The notes below the pieces were generated by a model. The model had not been told where the DNA came from and made no database searches. It was given only the letters and a program-made list of their open reading frames with translations. Below, piece by piece: positions 12,292 through 23,929 of a stretch of DNA of 64,000 nucleotides. The position numbers and the translations under genes are program-made. The DNA is from Schmidtea nova (taxonomy: Eukaryota), in NCBI GenBank assembly GCA_044892505.1, contig CM097883.1:441068001-441132000 (forward strand), written 5' to 3'. Positions within the stretch are counted from its first letter, which is position 1. The number at the start of each line of letters is the position of its first letter.

Positions 12292-13383
12292 ATGGCATCG
12301 AACCAAGCAAACTCAAACATTTCACAAACACCCATGGATAACGAAAACACACAACCCCAACACCAAAACAACAACTACTATTACAACCCCGAAAACACAC
12401 ACACCATAAACTCTGTAATTAACCCGAAACCCAACCTACCAAACTATTTCACAGACGAAAATGGCACCCCACAAAAATGGCTAGAATTTGCCAAATTAAC
12501 ACTAACCCTTTCAGGTATAAAATCCACAAAAACTCTATGCTCCAACATTATAGCCGCACTCCCCAGCAACAAACTAAATGAAATAGCGGATCAGATCGAA
12601 GAAATTTCGAAGGATGACGACCCCTTCAACAAATTATGCAACATCCTGACAAACAAAAATAAAATAAACAGACGGCAAATGCTAGAATCTTGCCTCAACA
12701 ACACCCAACTAGGGGACAATAAACCCACTGATTTCCTCAGGCAATTAAAACAAAAACTAGAATATTTACAACCAAATATAACAAATTCGGGTTCAAATGA
12801 ACTAGTGAAAGAATTTTTCATGAGAGCAATGCCACCAGAAATCAGGAGAATTCTGGCAGCCAGCAACAACGCTGACGTGGAAACGCTTGCCGACATAGCG
12901 GATAAGATCAACGAGGAAATCTATCCGACTATATGCAGCACCCAAAACAACAACAAAAACAAACCGCACTACAATAACCCCGCGTACAACAAAAACAACG
13001 AAACTAACGACAACATGAACAAATTATTAAACACCCTAATCGGCAAATTCGACGAAATCATAGTCGAAAACAGACAAATAAAAACAGAATTAGCCGAAAT
13101 AAAAGAACGTTGTAATAAACAGACTTTCAACTCAACACAATCATACGACAATTACAACAGATATAACTACAACAGAGACCTGCCATCAGACGGTCAAAAC
13201 AGACAAAACTACAGCCGCAGCCAATCACCGAACAACAATTACAGAAACAGAAGCCCAGAAAGAGATCCAAGAAATAATTATACAAACAAAAATCTTTGCT
13301 ACTTCCACAACAAATTCGGTGAAAAAGCATTTAAATGCACACAACCCTGCGAATTCAATAAAACAGAGCAGGGAAACCAATAA
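12292..13383 (+). CDS. gag: Gag protein, 363 aa, with CHCC zinc knuckle
   Basis: ATG-started intact ORF with LGDNKPTDFLR and ADKI motifs. The C-terminal CYFHNKFGEKAFKCTQPC fits C-X2-H-X9-C-X3-C, characteristic of the CsRn1 lineage. Confidence 0.9.
   Translation: MASNQANSNISQTPMDNENTQPQHQNNNYYYNPENTHTINSVINPKPNLPNYFTDENGTPQKWLEFAKLTLTLSGIKSTKTLCSNIIAALPSNKLNEIADQIEEISKDDDPFNKLCNILTNKNKINRRQMLESCLNNTQLGDNKPTDFLRQLKQKLEYLQPNITNSGSNELVKEFFMRAMPPEIRRILAASNNADVETLADIADKINEEIYPTICSTQNNNKNKPHYNNPAYNKNNETNDNMNKLLNTLIGKFDEIIVENRQIKTELAEIKERCNKQTFNSTQSYDNYNRYNYNRDLPSDGQNRQNYSRSQSPNNNYRNRSPERDPRNNYTNKNLCYFHNKFGEKAFKCTQPCEFNKTEQGNQ
13371..13377 (+). promoter_or_regulatory. Predicted -1 ribosomal frameshift slippery site G GGA AAC
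   Basis: X XXY YYZ heptamer in the gag frame one codon before the gag stop. The -1 frame (GKPIRSPMIAPTS...) is open into the protease ORF. Confidence 0.75.
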
Positions 13384-13391
13384 GGTCACCA

Positions 13392-14402
13392 ATGATAGCA
13401 CCCACATCAGGTGACAAAAATAACACATTCTGGGTGCACAGCAATAACATAGATTTTTTAATAGACACCGGCTCGGTGATCTCACTACTGCCCCATTCTA
13501 TGTACAAAAGTGCCAACAAAACAGAAAAACCATTAACAGCAGCAAACGGCACAAACATCAAAACCTTCGGGCAACGACAAATAAATCTAAACATTAACCA
13601 AAAGAACTACAACTGGACATTCACAATAGCTGAGGTCCAACAAGCGATAATAGGAGCAGACTTCCTAACAAATTACAACCTCCTAGTGGATTGTAAAAAC
13701 AAACAAATAATAGAAAATAATACTAATACTACAACACCACAGCACAACACGAACAATGGAGGAAAACCGAAAATAGACATTGGTGTTATCCAAATGGATC
13801 CAATGAACTACAAATCAGAAATAAATACAGAAATAAATACAGAAATAAACACAGAAATAAATACAGAAATAAATACAGAAATAAATACATTACTGGAAAA
13901 AGCCGACAAACTTATCGCACCAGTAACTTTCAACGGAAAAAAACACATAAAAAATAACGAAGAAACAAATAAACAAATAACAACCAAAAACAGGGAGAAC
14001 ATCGAAAACAAATTAAAAGGAATACTGAAAAAGAGACCAAACTCAGAGAACGACGGAAAAATCATACTAACAACCGATCATTTACTAATAAAGAAGCCAT
14101 ACTCAAAAGGTCCCGAAGATGAATACGAAGGCCCATTCAAAATACTCGAAATCAACAAAAACGTGGCCACAATAATAAAAAACAACAATAAAACAAGAAT
14201 AAATTTACGCAAAACAAAACCGTACCACAACAACCGAAACACATTAAACAACCCTACAAAAGACAAAGCACCGACACAAACAAAAACACAACCAAACCAC
14301 AAACACATCACATTCAACCACAAAAACACAATAAAACTCTTTGACAAGGATTCAATAATCACACCCCTATACATAAAACGATACAGCGAATGCCTCAAAT
14401 AA
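13392..14402 (+). CDS. Truncated pol: aspartic protease fused in frame to a low-complexity linker and the integrase GPY/F C-terminus
   Basis: FLIDTGSVISLLP and AIIGADFL (retropepsin), a (TEIN)n 12-bp repeat linker, and EYEGPFKILE...INLRKTKPY (GPY/F-like). No RT (YxDD), RNase H or integrase DDE motifs. Confidence 0.8.
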   Translation: MIAPTSGDKNNTFWVHSNNIDFLIDTGSVISLLPHSMYKSANKTEKPLTAANGTNIKTFGQRQINLNINQKNYNWTFTIAEVQQAIIGADFLTNYNLLVDCKNKQIIENNTNTTTPQHNTNNGGKPKIDIGVIQMDPMNYKSEINTEINTEINTEINTEINTEINTLLEKADKLIAPVTFNGKKHIKNNEETNKQITTKNRENIENKLKGILKKRPNSENDGKIILTTDHLLIKKPYSKGPEDEYEGPFKILEINKNVATIIKNNNKTRINLRKTKPYHNNRNTLNNPTKDKAPTQTKTQPNHKHITFNHKNTIKLFDKDSIITPLYIKRYSECLK

Positions 14403-14675
14403 AATACACTAACATACACAAGCAAAACACAAGCACAACACAGTGAAATGTACAGTTTTATTTTTTTTTTTGTAAATATGTAAAAGTTACAGATTTTTAT
14501 GCTCTATGTAATTATGTAATCTATATTGTTAAATTGTAACACAACAAAACAAAACAAAAAAAAAACAAAACATAATAAAACAAAAAATGAATAAAAGTTT
14601 TAAGTTACCGGTTGTATAAGTATGTAAAATACAAATAATTTGTTAATTTTTATGTTCTTGTTAACCTCCGGTTTT

Positions 14676-14684
14676 AAAGGGGGA
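14676..14684 (+). promoter_or_regulatory. Polypurine tract
   Basis: AAAGGGGGA immediately before the 3' LTR start AGTTAT at 14685. Confidence 0.75.
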
Positions 14685-15575
14685 AGTTATGTGGATGTCA
14701 TATTTTATTGTTATTTTTATGTTGTTATTTGTTTATTATATGGTAATCGCCGTCATTGGTGTGATCGGTGCCTTTACGGTCACCGGGGCCCCCCCCCTTT
14801 TTCTGGCGAGTGGTGATTTTTATTATTATTATTATTATTAACATTATGATTATTAAAAATTAAAAAAATTCAAATTGAAAATGCAAAATTGAAAATTGAA
14901 AAAAAAAATCAATACACGAATAACCAAGGATAATATTAAAGAGATAAAATTAATTAACGAAAAAACTGATTTTTCCGATTTTGCCATACAAGTGTATTTA
15001 AAAACTGGAAAGGAGCAATCCCTGGATCTATTATCATTCAATATCGCGAACCTGGATCAACTGAAATTATTGAAAGAAGCAAAGATTGCTGAAAGAAAAT
15101 TCAAGCCAATTTTATTTATACAGAAGATTTATCAAAGTTTATACAGTTTTCCAACTTACAATCTCCCTCGTCAACGGTTGCTAAATTGTAAAGAAGCAAA
15201 GATTGCCGAAAGAAAATTCAAGCCAATTTCATTTATACAGAAGATTTATAAAAGTTTATATAGTTTTCCAATTTACAATCTCCCTCGTCGACGGCTGCTA
15301 AATTGTAAAGAAGCTAAAAAAGAAAAACTTTGCAAGTAACCTTTCGTGGTTTTTTTATTATCTTGTTATTAATAAATATTAGTAATTTAAAATAGTGCTG
15401 TTTATTTTATTGTAACTTATATACTTTTTATATTTAATTGTTATTATATCATATCAGTAACCGCACAACACAGCACACACCCCGAGTGTCGACACATTGC
15501 TAACGTCTGACTCTCTCGGGATCTACAACTCCTCTACACATCCACTCAATCAACAAATTAAAAAACACAAATTGT
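14685..15575 (+). repeat. 3' LTR (end lies in the gap)
   Basis: Direct repeat of the 5' LTR, with only a handful of substitutions and microsatellite-length differences seen. Confidence 0.9.
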
Positions 15576-15748
15576 NNNNNNNNNNNNNNNNNNNNNNNNN
15601 NNNNNNNNNNNNNNNNNNNNNNNNNNNNNNNNNNNNNNNNNNNNNNNNNNNNNNNNNNNNNNNNNNNNNNNNNNNNNNNNNNNNNNNNNNNNNNNNNNNN
15701 NNNNNNNNNNNNNNNNNNNNNNNNNNNNNNNNNNNNNNNNNNNNNNNA

Positions 15749-16980
15749 AGCTTGACGATTCTCCAACTATTTTGAATAGCATTCCTTCTAGTACTTTGTG
15801 CATCAGTCTCTGGAATGTCGAAGGGGCTGTTGATAATCTAAACGGTAGTCTATTAACGCAAAATTGTCCTTCTCTTGTACTGATTGCAGTCATTTCTTGA
15901 ATTTCTGGAGCCAACTTCACTTGATAGTACGCCTGGCTTAAATCAATTGACAAATTTTGCGAGACAGTCTAGTAAGAATTTGGAATTAGGCATTAGAAAT
16001 GATTCCTTTTCTATTATGGCATTCAATCTACGATAGTCTTCACACATCCTGATGGATCCATCTTTCTTTCCTACTATAACTACTGGGGCATTCCAAGGAC
16101 TCTTGCAACATCGAATAACATTTGCTTTCATTAACTCTTTTATCAGTTCTTCAATCTTTTTCTCGATGTGCATTGGTTGACGACTAGGATGTTGCATTAT
16201 TAGGCCTCATGTTATCCACATCTCATGTCGAACTAAATTTGTTAATATCAGATCAAACTTCGATGCCATAAAGATTCCGCCGTATTTCCTGATCATTCCT
16301 TCATTGTCTTTATTATTCTCACTTACCATCGCCATCAGGGCTTTATTTATTCTTTCTTCATCAGTGTGAATGTTGTTTATAAATGAAGTTTCTATATTAT
16401 TGATTTTCACGAACTTTACTCCAAACTCTTTCGTTGTATCAATACCTCCTATGAATTCGGGCTTGATCTCTTTTACAACCACAACTATGATAATTTTTGT
16501 CTTTTGATTCCATGTGGCCGATATATTCATATACCCCATTGCTTCTTCACCTCCAGATGAAAACACGCCGCATAATAATATAATACTACGTTGAAGGTCT
16601 GGTTTCCCTATTCTCTCCCATAAATTCTTGCCCATGACTCTTACTGACGCTCCAGAGTCCCATAACATATCTACTTCTCCATTATTCAACATTACTTTAC
16701 TACAACTTCTTCCATTCTTCGTTTGATACATCTTTTTTTCTGCCTCATCTCTTCGTCATTCATTTCTTCTTTCACAATTTATTGTCTTGACTCCACCGAC
16801 AAAATGAAACCCATAGAGTCGCTGATGTTTTTACCGTATTCTCTAAATGTATTATAGTTCTCAGGAACATTGTATTCTATCTTCCAAATCGCGGTGAGTC
16901 ATTCTGAAATTCTGACTGTTTTCGGTGTAATCTCTTCTTTCAGATTTGGAATCTTTTTCTTCTATGCACGATATTCCATT
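15749..16980 (-). pseudogene. pol: Decayed Ty3/gypsy gag-protease-RT fragment
   Basis: VDMLWDSGASV (protease), KSPWNAPVVIVGKKDGSIRMCEDYRRLN and IDLSQAYYQV...RLPFRLSTAPSTFQRLM (RT), broken by stops and frameshifts. The upstream part continues beyond the pogo insertion (18875-18930) with PBS-like TGGCGACC after ...TTAACT. Confidence 0.85.
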
Positions 16981-16981
16981 A

Positions 16982-18872
16982 CCATATTTTCGCGCATATA
17001 ACCCGCGGGTTATACAAGTTTTTACAAACAAACGGTCGCTGTGCGGGGTATACAAGGGTGCGGGGTTTACAAAAATAATTTTACTCATAAAACTTTTACC
17101 TTCAATAGAGGTTCACGCATTTATGCAATGTGTTGAAATCTGTAGTTTCTCTGTGTGGTTCTCAAATGTAAAACGAATACTTTATGAACATCTCATTAGA
17201 AGTAAATTTACAAATAATACACGTTTAGAAAACAAGTAATACGGATGCGGCAGAGAACATTTAATATAATCAATTGCCATAAGTAAGCAAGTAAACCAAT
17301 TCGCTAGTAATGTCCAAACCTATAGTCCGCATTTCATGCAATACATCCATAATCAATCACCATTACTGTCACTGTCCTCGCTACAGTTAGTGAAGCCATC
17401 GAAACTTGTATCATATTCACTGTCTTCATCAAGGAAGCGAAGCATGTTGGCAGCAGTAGCTGGGTCATAAATTGACTCTTCATCACTATCATCATCGTCA
17501 GCTGAATCGAAACATTCCTCTGCTGCTGGCTCTGCATTAACTTCACTACCGGTCACCGTTAGCAGGCCAGCCTTAATGAAACCGTTGCGAATAGTTTCTG
17601 TGCTGATTTGCTGCTACGCTGCCAGAACCCATTTGCATACTTCAACGTACGTAGCACGTCTCTGCTTTCCAGCTAGTTTGAATGTGTGTTCGCCTTCACT
17701 CATCCATTTTTCCCATTCATTGCGGACAAAACACTTGAATGGATGATTAACAGCAATATCAAGTGGCTGAAGCTTACATGTTAAACCGCCAGGAATGACA
17801 GCAATGTGAGCACCAGTCTTATCGATCTGTTTGTGAACAGATGTCTCCTTGTGTGCAGCCATTGCATCAAAAATTAACAACGATTTTGGCATAAAGTATC
17901 CACCCTGTCTAGCACGATAGCATCTTTCGGTCCGCTCTTTCATCACATCAGTGTTCATCCATCCTTTTTTGTTGCACACAACAATCACTCCCTGTGGCAG
18001 TTTCTCACGTGTCATTGTCACTCGTTTGAATATAACCATTGGTTTCAACTTCTCACCAGCAGCTGAGCATGCCAGACCAACTGTGAAACATGTGCGCTCA
18101 TGTCCAGTTGTGGTAATAGGAACCGTTTTAGAACCAGTATCTGCGACAGTGCGAGTTGCTGGAATATCAAAAGACATAGGCACCTCATCCATGTAAATGA
18201 CATAGCAAGGATTTAAGTTCTGTTCTGCAATATCTCTTCTAACAAATTCCTGAAAGTCGTCTACTTTCTTTTCCCAATTCTCTGGCAGTTTCTGGCCAAC
18301 CGTTGTGCGTGCACGAACGGAAAATTGATTAAGTCTCATGAATTTAAAAACCCAGTTGATGCCACCAGTGAAATTATCTATCTTCATTTCAGCAGCCATT
18401 ATTTTCGCTTTCAATTTAATACCAACTGTTGACACTGTCCTGTTGTTCTCACGCTGAGAGCGAACACATGCTGAAAAGTTTGTCTCAAGCTGCGGCCATC
18501 TAACCTTTCCCCCTAGACGAGCTCTTTTGCGTGGATTAATCTGCTCTAAATTTTTAATGTCTTTTCGCCATTCACGAATAAATTTTTCATCAACATCATA
18601 CCGTCTCCCAGCGGCTCTATTGCCCATTGTTGCAGCAAGCGCACAAACTTGTAGCTTAAAATCAGCGGTATAAGACTTGCGCTTTGGCATTTTTAGGCGT
18701 AACAAACACTACTGAATACCTATAATGAATGTTAATGATTAGTTAACCTTGTACATATGCGGGGTATACATGGGTGCAGGCTATACGATTTTTTTACTTA
18801 TTATGTAATTTGTGCGGGTTATACGTGTGTGCGGGTTATACGCATATGCGGGTTATATGAGCGAAAATACGG
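16982..18872 (-). mobile_element. pogo-superfamily DNA transposon (POGK/Passer-like), 1891 bp
   Basis: 25-bp TIRs ccatattttcgcgcatataacccgc / gcgggttatatgagcgaaaatacgg (2 mismatches). TA TSD at 16980-16981 and 18873-18874. Confidence 0.92.
17353..18690 (-). pseudogene. pogo transposase, about 445 aa, DD35D, with one in-frame nonsense codon
   Basis: Brinker-like DBD (RKSYTADFKLQV...IREWRK), CENP-B HTH, and YMDEVP / LIFDAMAAH / QPLDIAVN with 35 residues between D2 and D3. A TAG at 17614-17616 (expected Trp) is followed in frame by QQISTETIRNGFIKAGL and an acidic tail. Confidence 0.88.
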
Positions 18873-19312
18873 TAATGTCTTTGTTGATTTCGAAACTGCA
18901 TTGACATTCTGATTTTCAGCGTGGTCGCCAGTTAAATCAAACTCCGTCATAAAATTATTTAATTAAAATTTTATAAAATGTGCCAAATAATCAATTATAT
19001 AAACACAGGCTAATATAAATATCCAACTACAATAATAAAATATTTACAATTGAATTAATGGAAAAATTGCTGTCATTAATTGTAAAGCTATTTAAATATT
19101 TATAGTGCCAAGAAAATAATATATTTTTGCTCAGTGAAATACAAGGTCATACAAATATTACATAATTTAAAATTATATGGAATACACACAAACTTACAAT
19201 TCAGGAAAATAATGTAATGTGTTAATGACTATTAAAAATCTTCAATTTCTTTCACCAACGATCAATTTTCAATTTTATTTATCTTTTTCGTTTTTTGTGA
19301 TACATCATATCT

Positions 19313-19660
19313 AACAAATACATTGATCAATGGTCGAAATTAAAATACGATCTTTGAAAAGTAAACTACTCATTATTTAATCAGTAATAGCATTTTATTA
19401 AAATTAGAAAACACATAAATCTGCGAGTATATTGAATATTAAAAGTAAAGACGTCTCTAAAACAAAATTTACGCCTAGGATTTAATTATAATCTTTACAT
19501 TCTTCTACAAAGTAGCCTTTTATCATCGATGACATGCAATCATTTAATTTCAAGTCAAAATGAATTGTTTTTGGAAATATGTTCTAATTATTTTTATAAT
19601 TATACAATCAAATTTATCGAGACCAGAACTGGCATTTGCCGTTCTTCATAAACAAAAATA
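19313..19660. repeat. Third partial copy of the duplicated block
   Basis: Direct repeat of about 21190-21545 and inverse of about 9030-9378. Confidence 0.85.
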
Positions 19661-19827
19661 AAATTATTTACAATTTAATTTTTAGGAATATTTCTTTATT
19701 TCTTTCAAATGTAACATTTTTAGTGCCGATAAATAATAATACAAGTACTACAAATTTGTTGGATGAAGAGTGTAAGCCCATAGACACATTCATCCTATCA
19801 GAAAATTATATGTTGTGGGGTTCAACA

Positions 19828-20148
19828 AGTATAGAGTCAATATCTACGCAGAACCCGTCGGTAAAATCAACAACCAAGAATAATCAAATCCCAATACCAA
19901 CCATTTCTTACCACACAATTAACAACAAAGAATAATCAAATCCCAATACCAATCATACAATTCTAACACCATTAGGACATTAACATCTATTTAACAATTG
20001 ATCATTTAACAATTTAACATTTGATATTTACCTTTTAACAATTGATTTAGCATTTGATATTTATTGTGAATATGTATATGTTTCATGAATGTATTTTTTA
20101 TAATAATTTATTTAACATTGGATATTTATTATGAATGTGTTTATTGAA

Positions 20149-20214
<66 letters not shown>

Positions 20215-22316
20215 CAATATTTTAAATATATATTTTATGAATTTCTTATTAACATTTATTTATTTTAGAATGTACTTCTTAATGAATTTATTTTATTTCA
20301 ATGTGATATTAAGTAATATCAAAATTAAGTGCAGGAAATTTAGAATTGATAATTTTGGCAACATAATTGCAGTATTGATAATCGGCAGGGCCGGATCTAT
20401 GGGTGGAGCGAGGGAGCGACCGCACCAGGCGCCAGAATCACACTGAAAAAAAGGCGCCTTTTCGATCAAATTGAAGAATAATTATTCTCAACAAAACTAT
20501 CATACTGACTGTTATTATAACACGTATTTCTACATAATAATCTATATTTTGATAAATTTGCATTTTTGAGCGCTTTTCCTCTATATATATATATATATTA
20601 TTACAATAATGTTAAATTTTTATTGAACAAAATTCAAATTTTTCACATTGCTTTGAAACTGTCTCTTTATTGGCGAAAAATCAAATTTAGACTTTAACAG
20701 AAATTTCGAATTTATTCAATATAGGCGCCTTTTCAAGAAGTTTGCTCCAGGCGCCAAAATAGTACCATCCGGCTCTGATAATCGGGGTAAATATCAAATT
20801 GAAATTATTTTAATCGTTGCATGGAAAATTTTGGTATATAAGGAAACCAAAAATTTCAAAATTCACCCACAACATTTTTATAACAGTTTTTCTGTTAAAA
20901 AATTAGCGATTGAAACATCTCAAAGGTTAATTCTGCGAGATAATTAAAACCAAGGACAGAACAAAAAGGTTCTACAATAATTTAATTAAATCAAAAAGTA
21001 CAATCACTACATAACACGCAACCAATAAGGAAAATATTTTTTTTTAAACAGAAAATTACATAATCGTTTGAAATTCAAAAACTTGGACAAGTGTACTTTG
21101 GTAATTTTTATTTTTAATAAAGGTTTTTTTACAATAACTCTTGACTAGATCTAAAAATCTTAGACCTCAACAAATTTAACATTCTCTTAAATTCAATGGT
21201 CGAAATTAAAATACGATCTTTGAAAAGTAAACTACTCATTATTTAATCAGTAATAGCATTTTATTAAAATTAGAAAACACATAGATCTGCGAGTATATTG
21301 AATATTTAAAGTAAAGACGCCTCCAAAACAACATTTACGCCTTGGATTTAAGTATAATATTTACACTCTTCTACAAAGTAGCCTTTTATCATCGATGACA
21401 TGCAACCATTTAATTTCGAGTCAAAATGAATTGTTTTTGGAAATATGTTCTAATTATTGTTATCATTAAACAATCAAATTTATCGTGACCAGAACTGGCA
21501 TTTGCCGTTCTTCTATAAACAAAATTAATTCTATTTTAACTGATTATTAAATATAATATTTTTGTAAAGGAAAGTTATTGTTACTAATAATATATAACAA
21601 TCTGTATTTTCACAATCAAAAGTGATATTTTTATTAAATTTGAGAGTGGTTTCACAAAAACCAATCATTTTAATTCCTAATAAAACCAATTTGTATAAAT
21701 TTGTTTATTTTATTGTATCCAGCCCCGTTATCAGCAATACTTCACGCGACCTTGTACTTTATGTCACAATTCGTTATACTCTTTAATAAATGAGAATATT
21801 GTTGAATTTTAAAGTCGTAAAGCTTAATTTTTTTCCTAACTTACCACACATGTCATACCTTAGTATCCTTTCCAATCTCATTACTTTGCGTTTGTTGTTT
21901 CATTGTTTTAAATATTTTTATTCAATTCAGATAATCTTAAATATATTATAATAATAGTTGACATTTAGAAATAAAAATTTATATTTATGAAGATGAAAAA
22001 TACAAATTTTACTGACATATGGAAGTTTAATTTTTATAATTTTAAGTATTCGTTATAAGACATTTGCATTGCCCCCTAGGAAGTTATAATAATAGTAATA
22101 ATCTGTAGGCACTAAAGCAATGCTTCTCAAAATTTTTAATGTGTCGGATCGGCAGAAAATTTTACATGGAGACTAAAGACCAGCGCACTATTTATCCTGT
22201 ATTGAAGGGGGGGCAAATGATCGCCGAAAGTACTAGTGCGATGCCATATTGCTAGGAAAAGTGGAATGAGTCGAAGCCCCAGTTGATAACGGTCTGTGAT
22301 GTATTGGGCATAAAAT
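19828..22316. repeat. Copy B of the inverted duplication
   Basis: Reverse complement of 6919-10706, minus the copy-A insertions and plus the MITE at 20386-20777. Confidence 0.9.
20386..20777. mobile_element. hAT-type MITE, 392 bp
   Basis: TIRs cagggccggat / atccggctctg with a perfect 8-bp TSD ataatcgg (20378-20385, 20778-20785). The empty site is present in copy A (about 10245-10252). Confidence 0.9.
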
Positions 22317-22399
22317 GCAATAAACACGAATAATTAAAATACTGAAACGCTAGAAGTTACAATCACCAACATAATATGTATACAAACCGCATTAGATAA

Positions 22400-23320
22400 G
22401 TTGGTCAAAATAGGGGAAACGACAGAAAGAGGGATCTTAAAAGCGTGCACAAAATTTTATTACAGGCAAAATTTCCATACGAAGGACCGAAAACAAATTG
22501 AATGGAAAAATATCATTGCTAGTATAAAAATACCAAGTATAATCAAGTTAAAATAGTACTTAGAACTGTTGGGTTATTTTTTTTGAAAATCACTTGATCA
22601 GTTCAAATTCTAACTCTTCGTGTCTCTTTAATTATATCATAATCAATATTACCCAACACAGAATACTTTTTTAATATCGCTACAAATTACAATATGTCCT
22701 TAATTTTAATTTATTGATTCAATACAATTTTACAATTTCCAATTATTTGCACTTTCTTTCGTTCTTTAATGTAATTTAACTTAAAGGCAGATAATCCAAT
22801 GGCTAATCGCTTTTTTGGCTCGCTTTTTTGGCTCGTTTTATTGAATAAAGTTTAATTATAATCGCTTCTTAATTATATCCCTTTCTTATCTTCCTTAAAG
22901 TTTCTCAATCTGATATTTTAACTTGAATCTTTTTTATACCATTATAGAGAAAATAATTATCTAAAATTTCTGAAAATATCTTTGCTTGTCTCTTTATTTG
23001 CTATCCGTACATACCGATTTCCCCCGCAATATTTCATTTTTAAAATTTTCTTTATTTTCAATTAAGTTTTGTACATATTTATCAATTGTTGATTTAACAC
23101 TTTTCAGACTTTTTATAGATTTATTCCACCAATAATCAACGCATTATTGTCTTATGTTTAACCCTTTTAGACGAACTTTAAAATATCTCATCCCTGTAAA
23201 GAAAAGTCGTCCTCGAAATCTTTTAATCTATTTACACTATCGGGTTAGAATTTCTTTGTGCTATTGGATTCACAGAGTTTTATCAGAAATATTGTATCAT
23301 ATTTGAAAGTCAATCTTTTT
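22400..23320 (-). pseudogene. Possible heavily decayed non-LTR (LINE) RT remnant
   Basis: Fragmentary RT-like peptides on the minus strand with many stops. No intact motif could be confirmed. Confidence 0.3.
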
Positions 23321-23328
23321 GTTAGCAC

Positions 23329-23409
<81 letters not shown>

Positions 23410-23929
23410 TGTGGTCCTGGATGGTTAAATTAAACAAAAAACATTCTAGGGATGCCTCGATCCACGACCAAACATAAAATGCTTACGTGACACACAAGCA
23501 CCCTCGACTAGTTCCCTGGATAATCGAGTTGGAAATGTGCAAGGTGTTCGAACAATGATGGGCAGGTGAGCTCTATTTCTAGAACTACTTCCCATTTATG
23601 TTCGCGGGTTCATCGCTGCCGATAGAAGAACTTACGCTTTACTTTCATTTTACTTTATCTGAATTCATTATCTCTCATTTTAATTTTCCGGCCCCCTTCT
23701 TACAATATCAACAGTTAATTCGAATAATTATGATATATTTTACTTTAAATCTTAATGTTGATCTGTAATCTTTATTAATTATTTTATACCAGAATAATTT
23801 ATACTTTAAAAAAACTCAATCATTTAATAATAATTTTTCTGTTAACTACTTTACTTTACAGAAAATTAACAAAAAAAATAATAATAACTATATTTGTACA
23901 ACTAATAAAGTTTTAAATTCCGCAATTTA

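Larger units (their letters stand above)
11216..15575 (+). mobile_element. Non-autonomous Ty3/gypsy LTR retrotransposon (CsRn1-like CHCC Gag), about 4.4 kb: LTR-PBS-gag-PR/GPY-F-PPT-LTR
   Basis: Two near-identical direct repeats of about 915 bp, a PBS, a gag ORF, a -1 frame protease ORF and a PPT. Both outer ends lie in N gaps, so the TSD is not visible. Confidence 0.9.

Noticed and set aside
12056-14425. Minus-strand ORFs overlapping gag and the protease ORF
   Set aside because: They are antisense shadows of A/C-skewed coding sequence and carry no motifs.
6919-22316. Single composite or foldback transposon spanning 15.4 kb
   Set aside because: No TSD or transposon-like terminal motif at the outer ends, and a third partial copy lies inside.
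23405-23704. Solo LTR (tgttg...ttaca)
   Set aside because: The left boundary is buried in a (TG)n run with no TSD and no second copy in the window, so it is not supportable.
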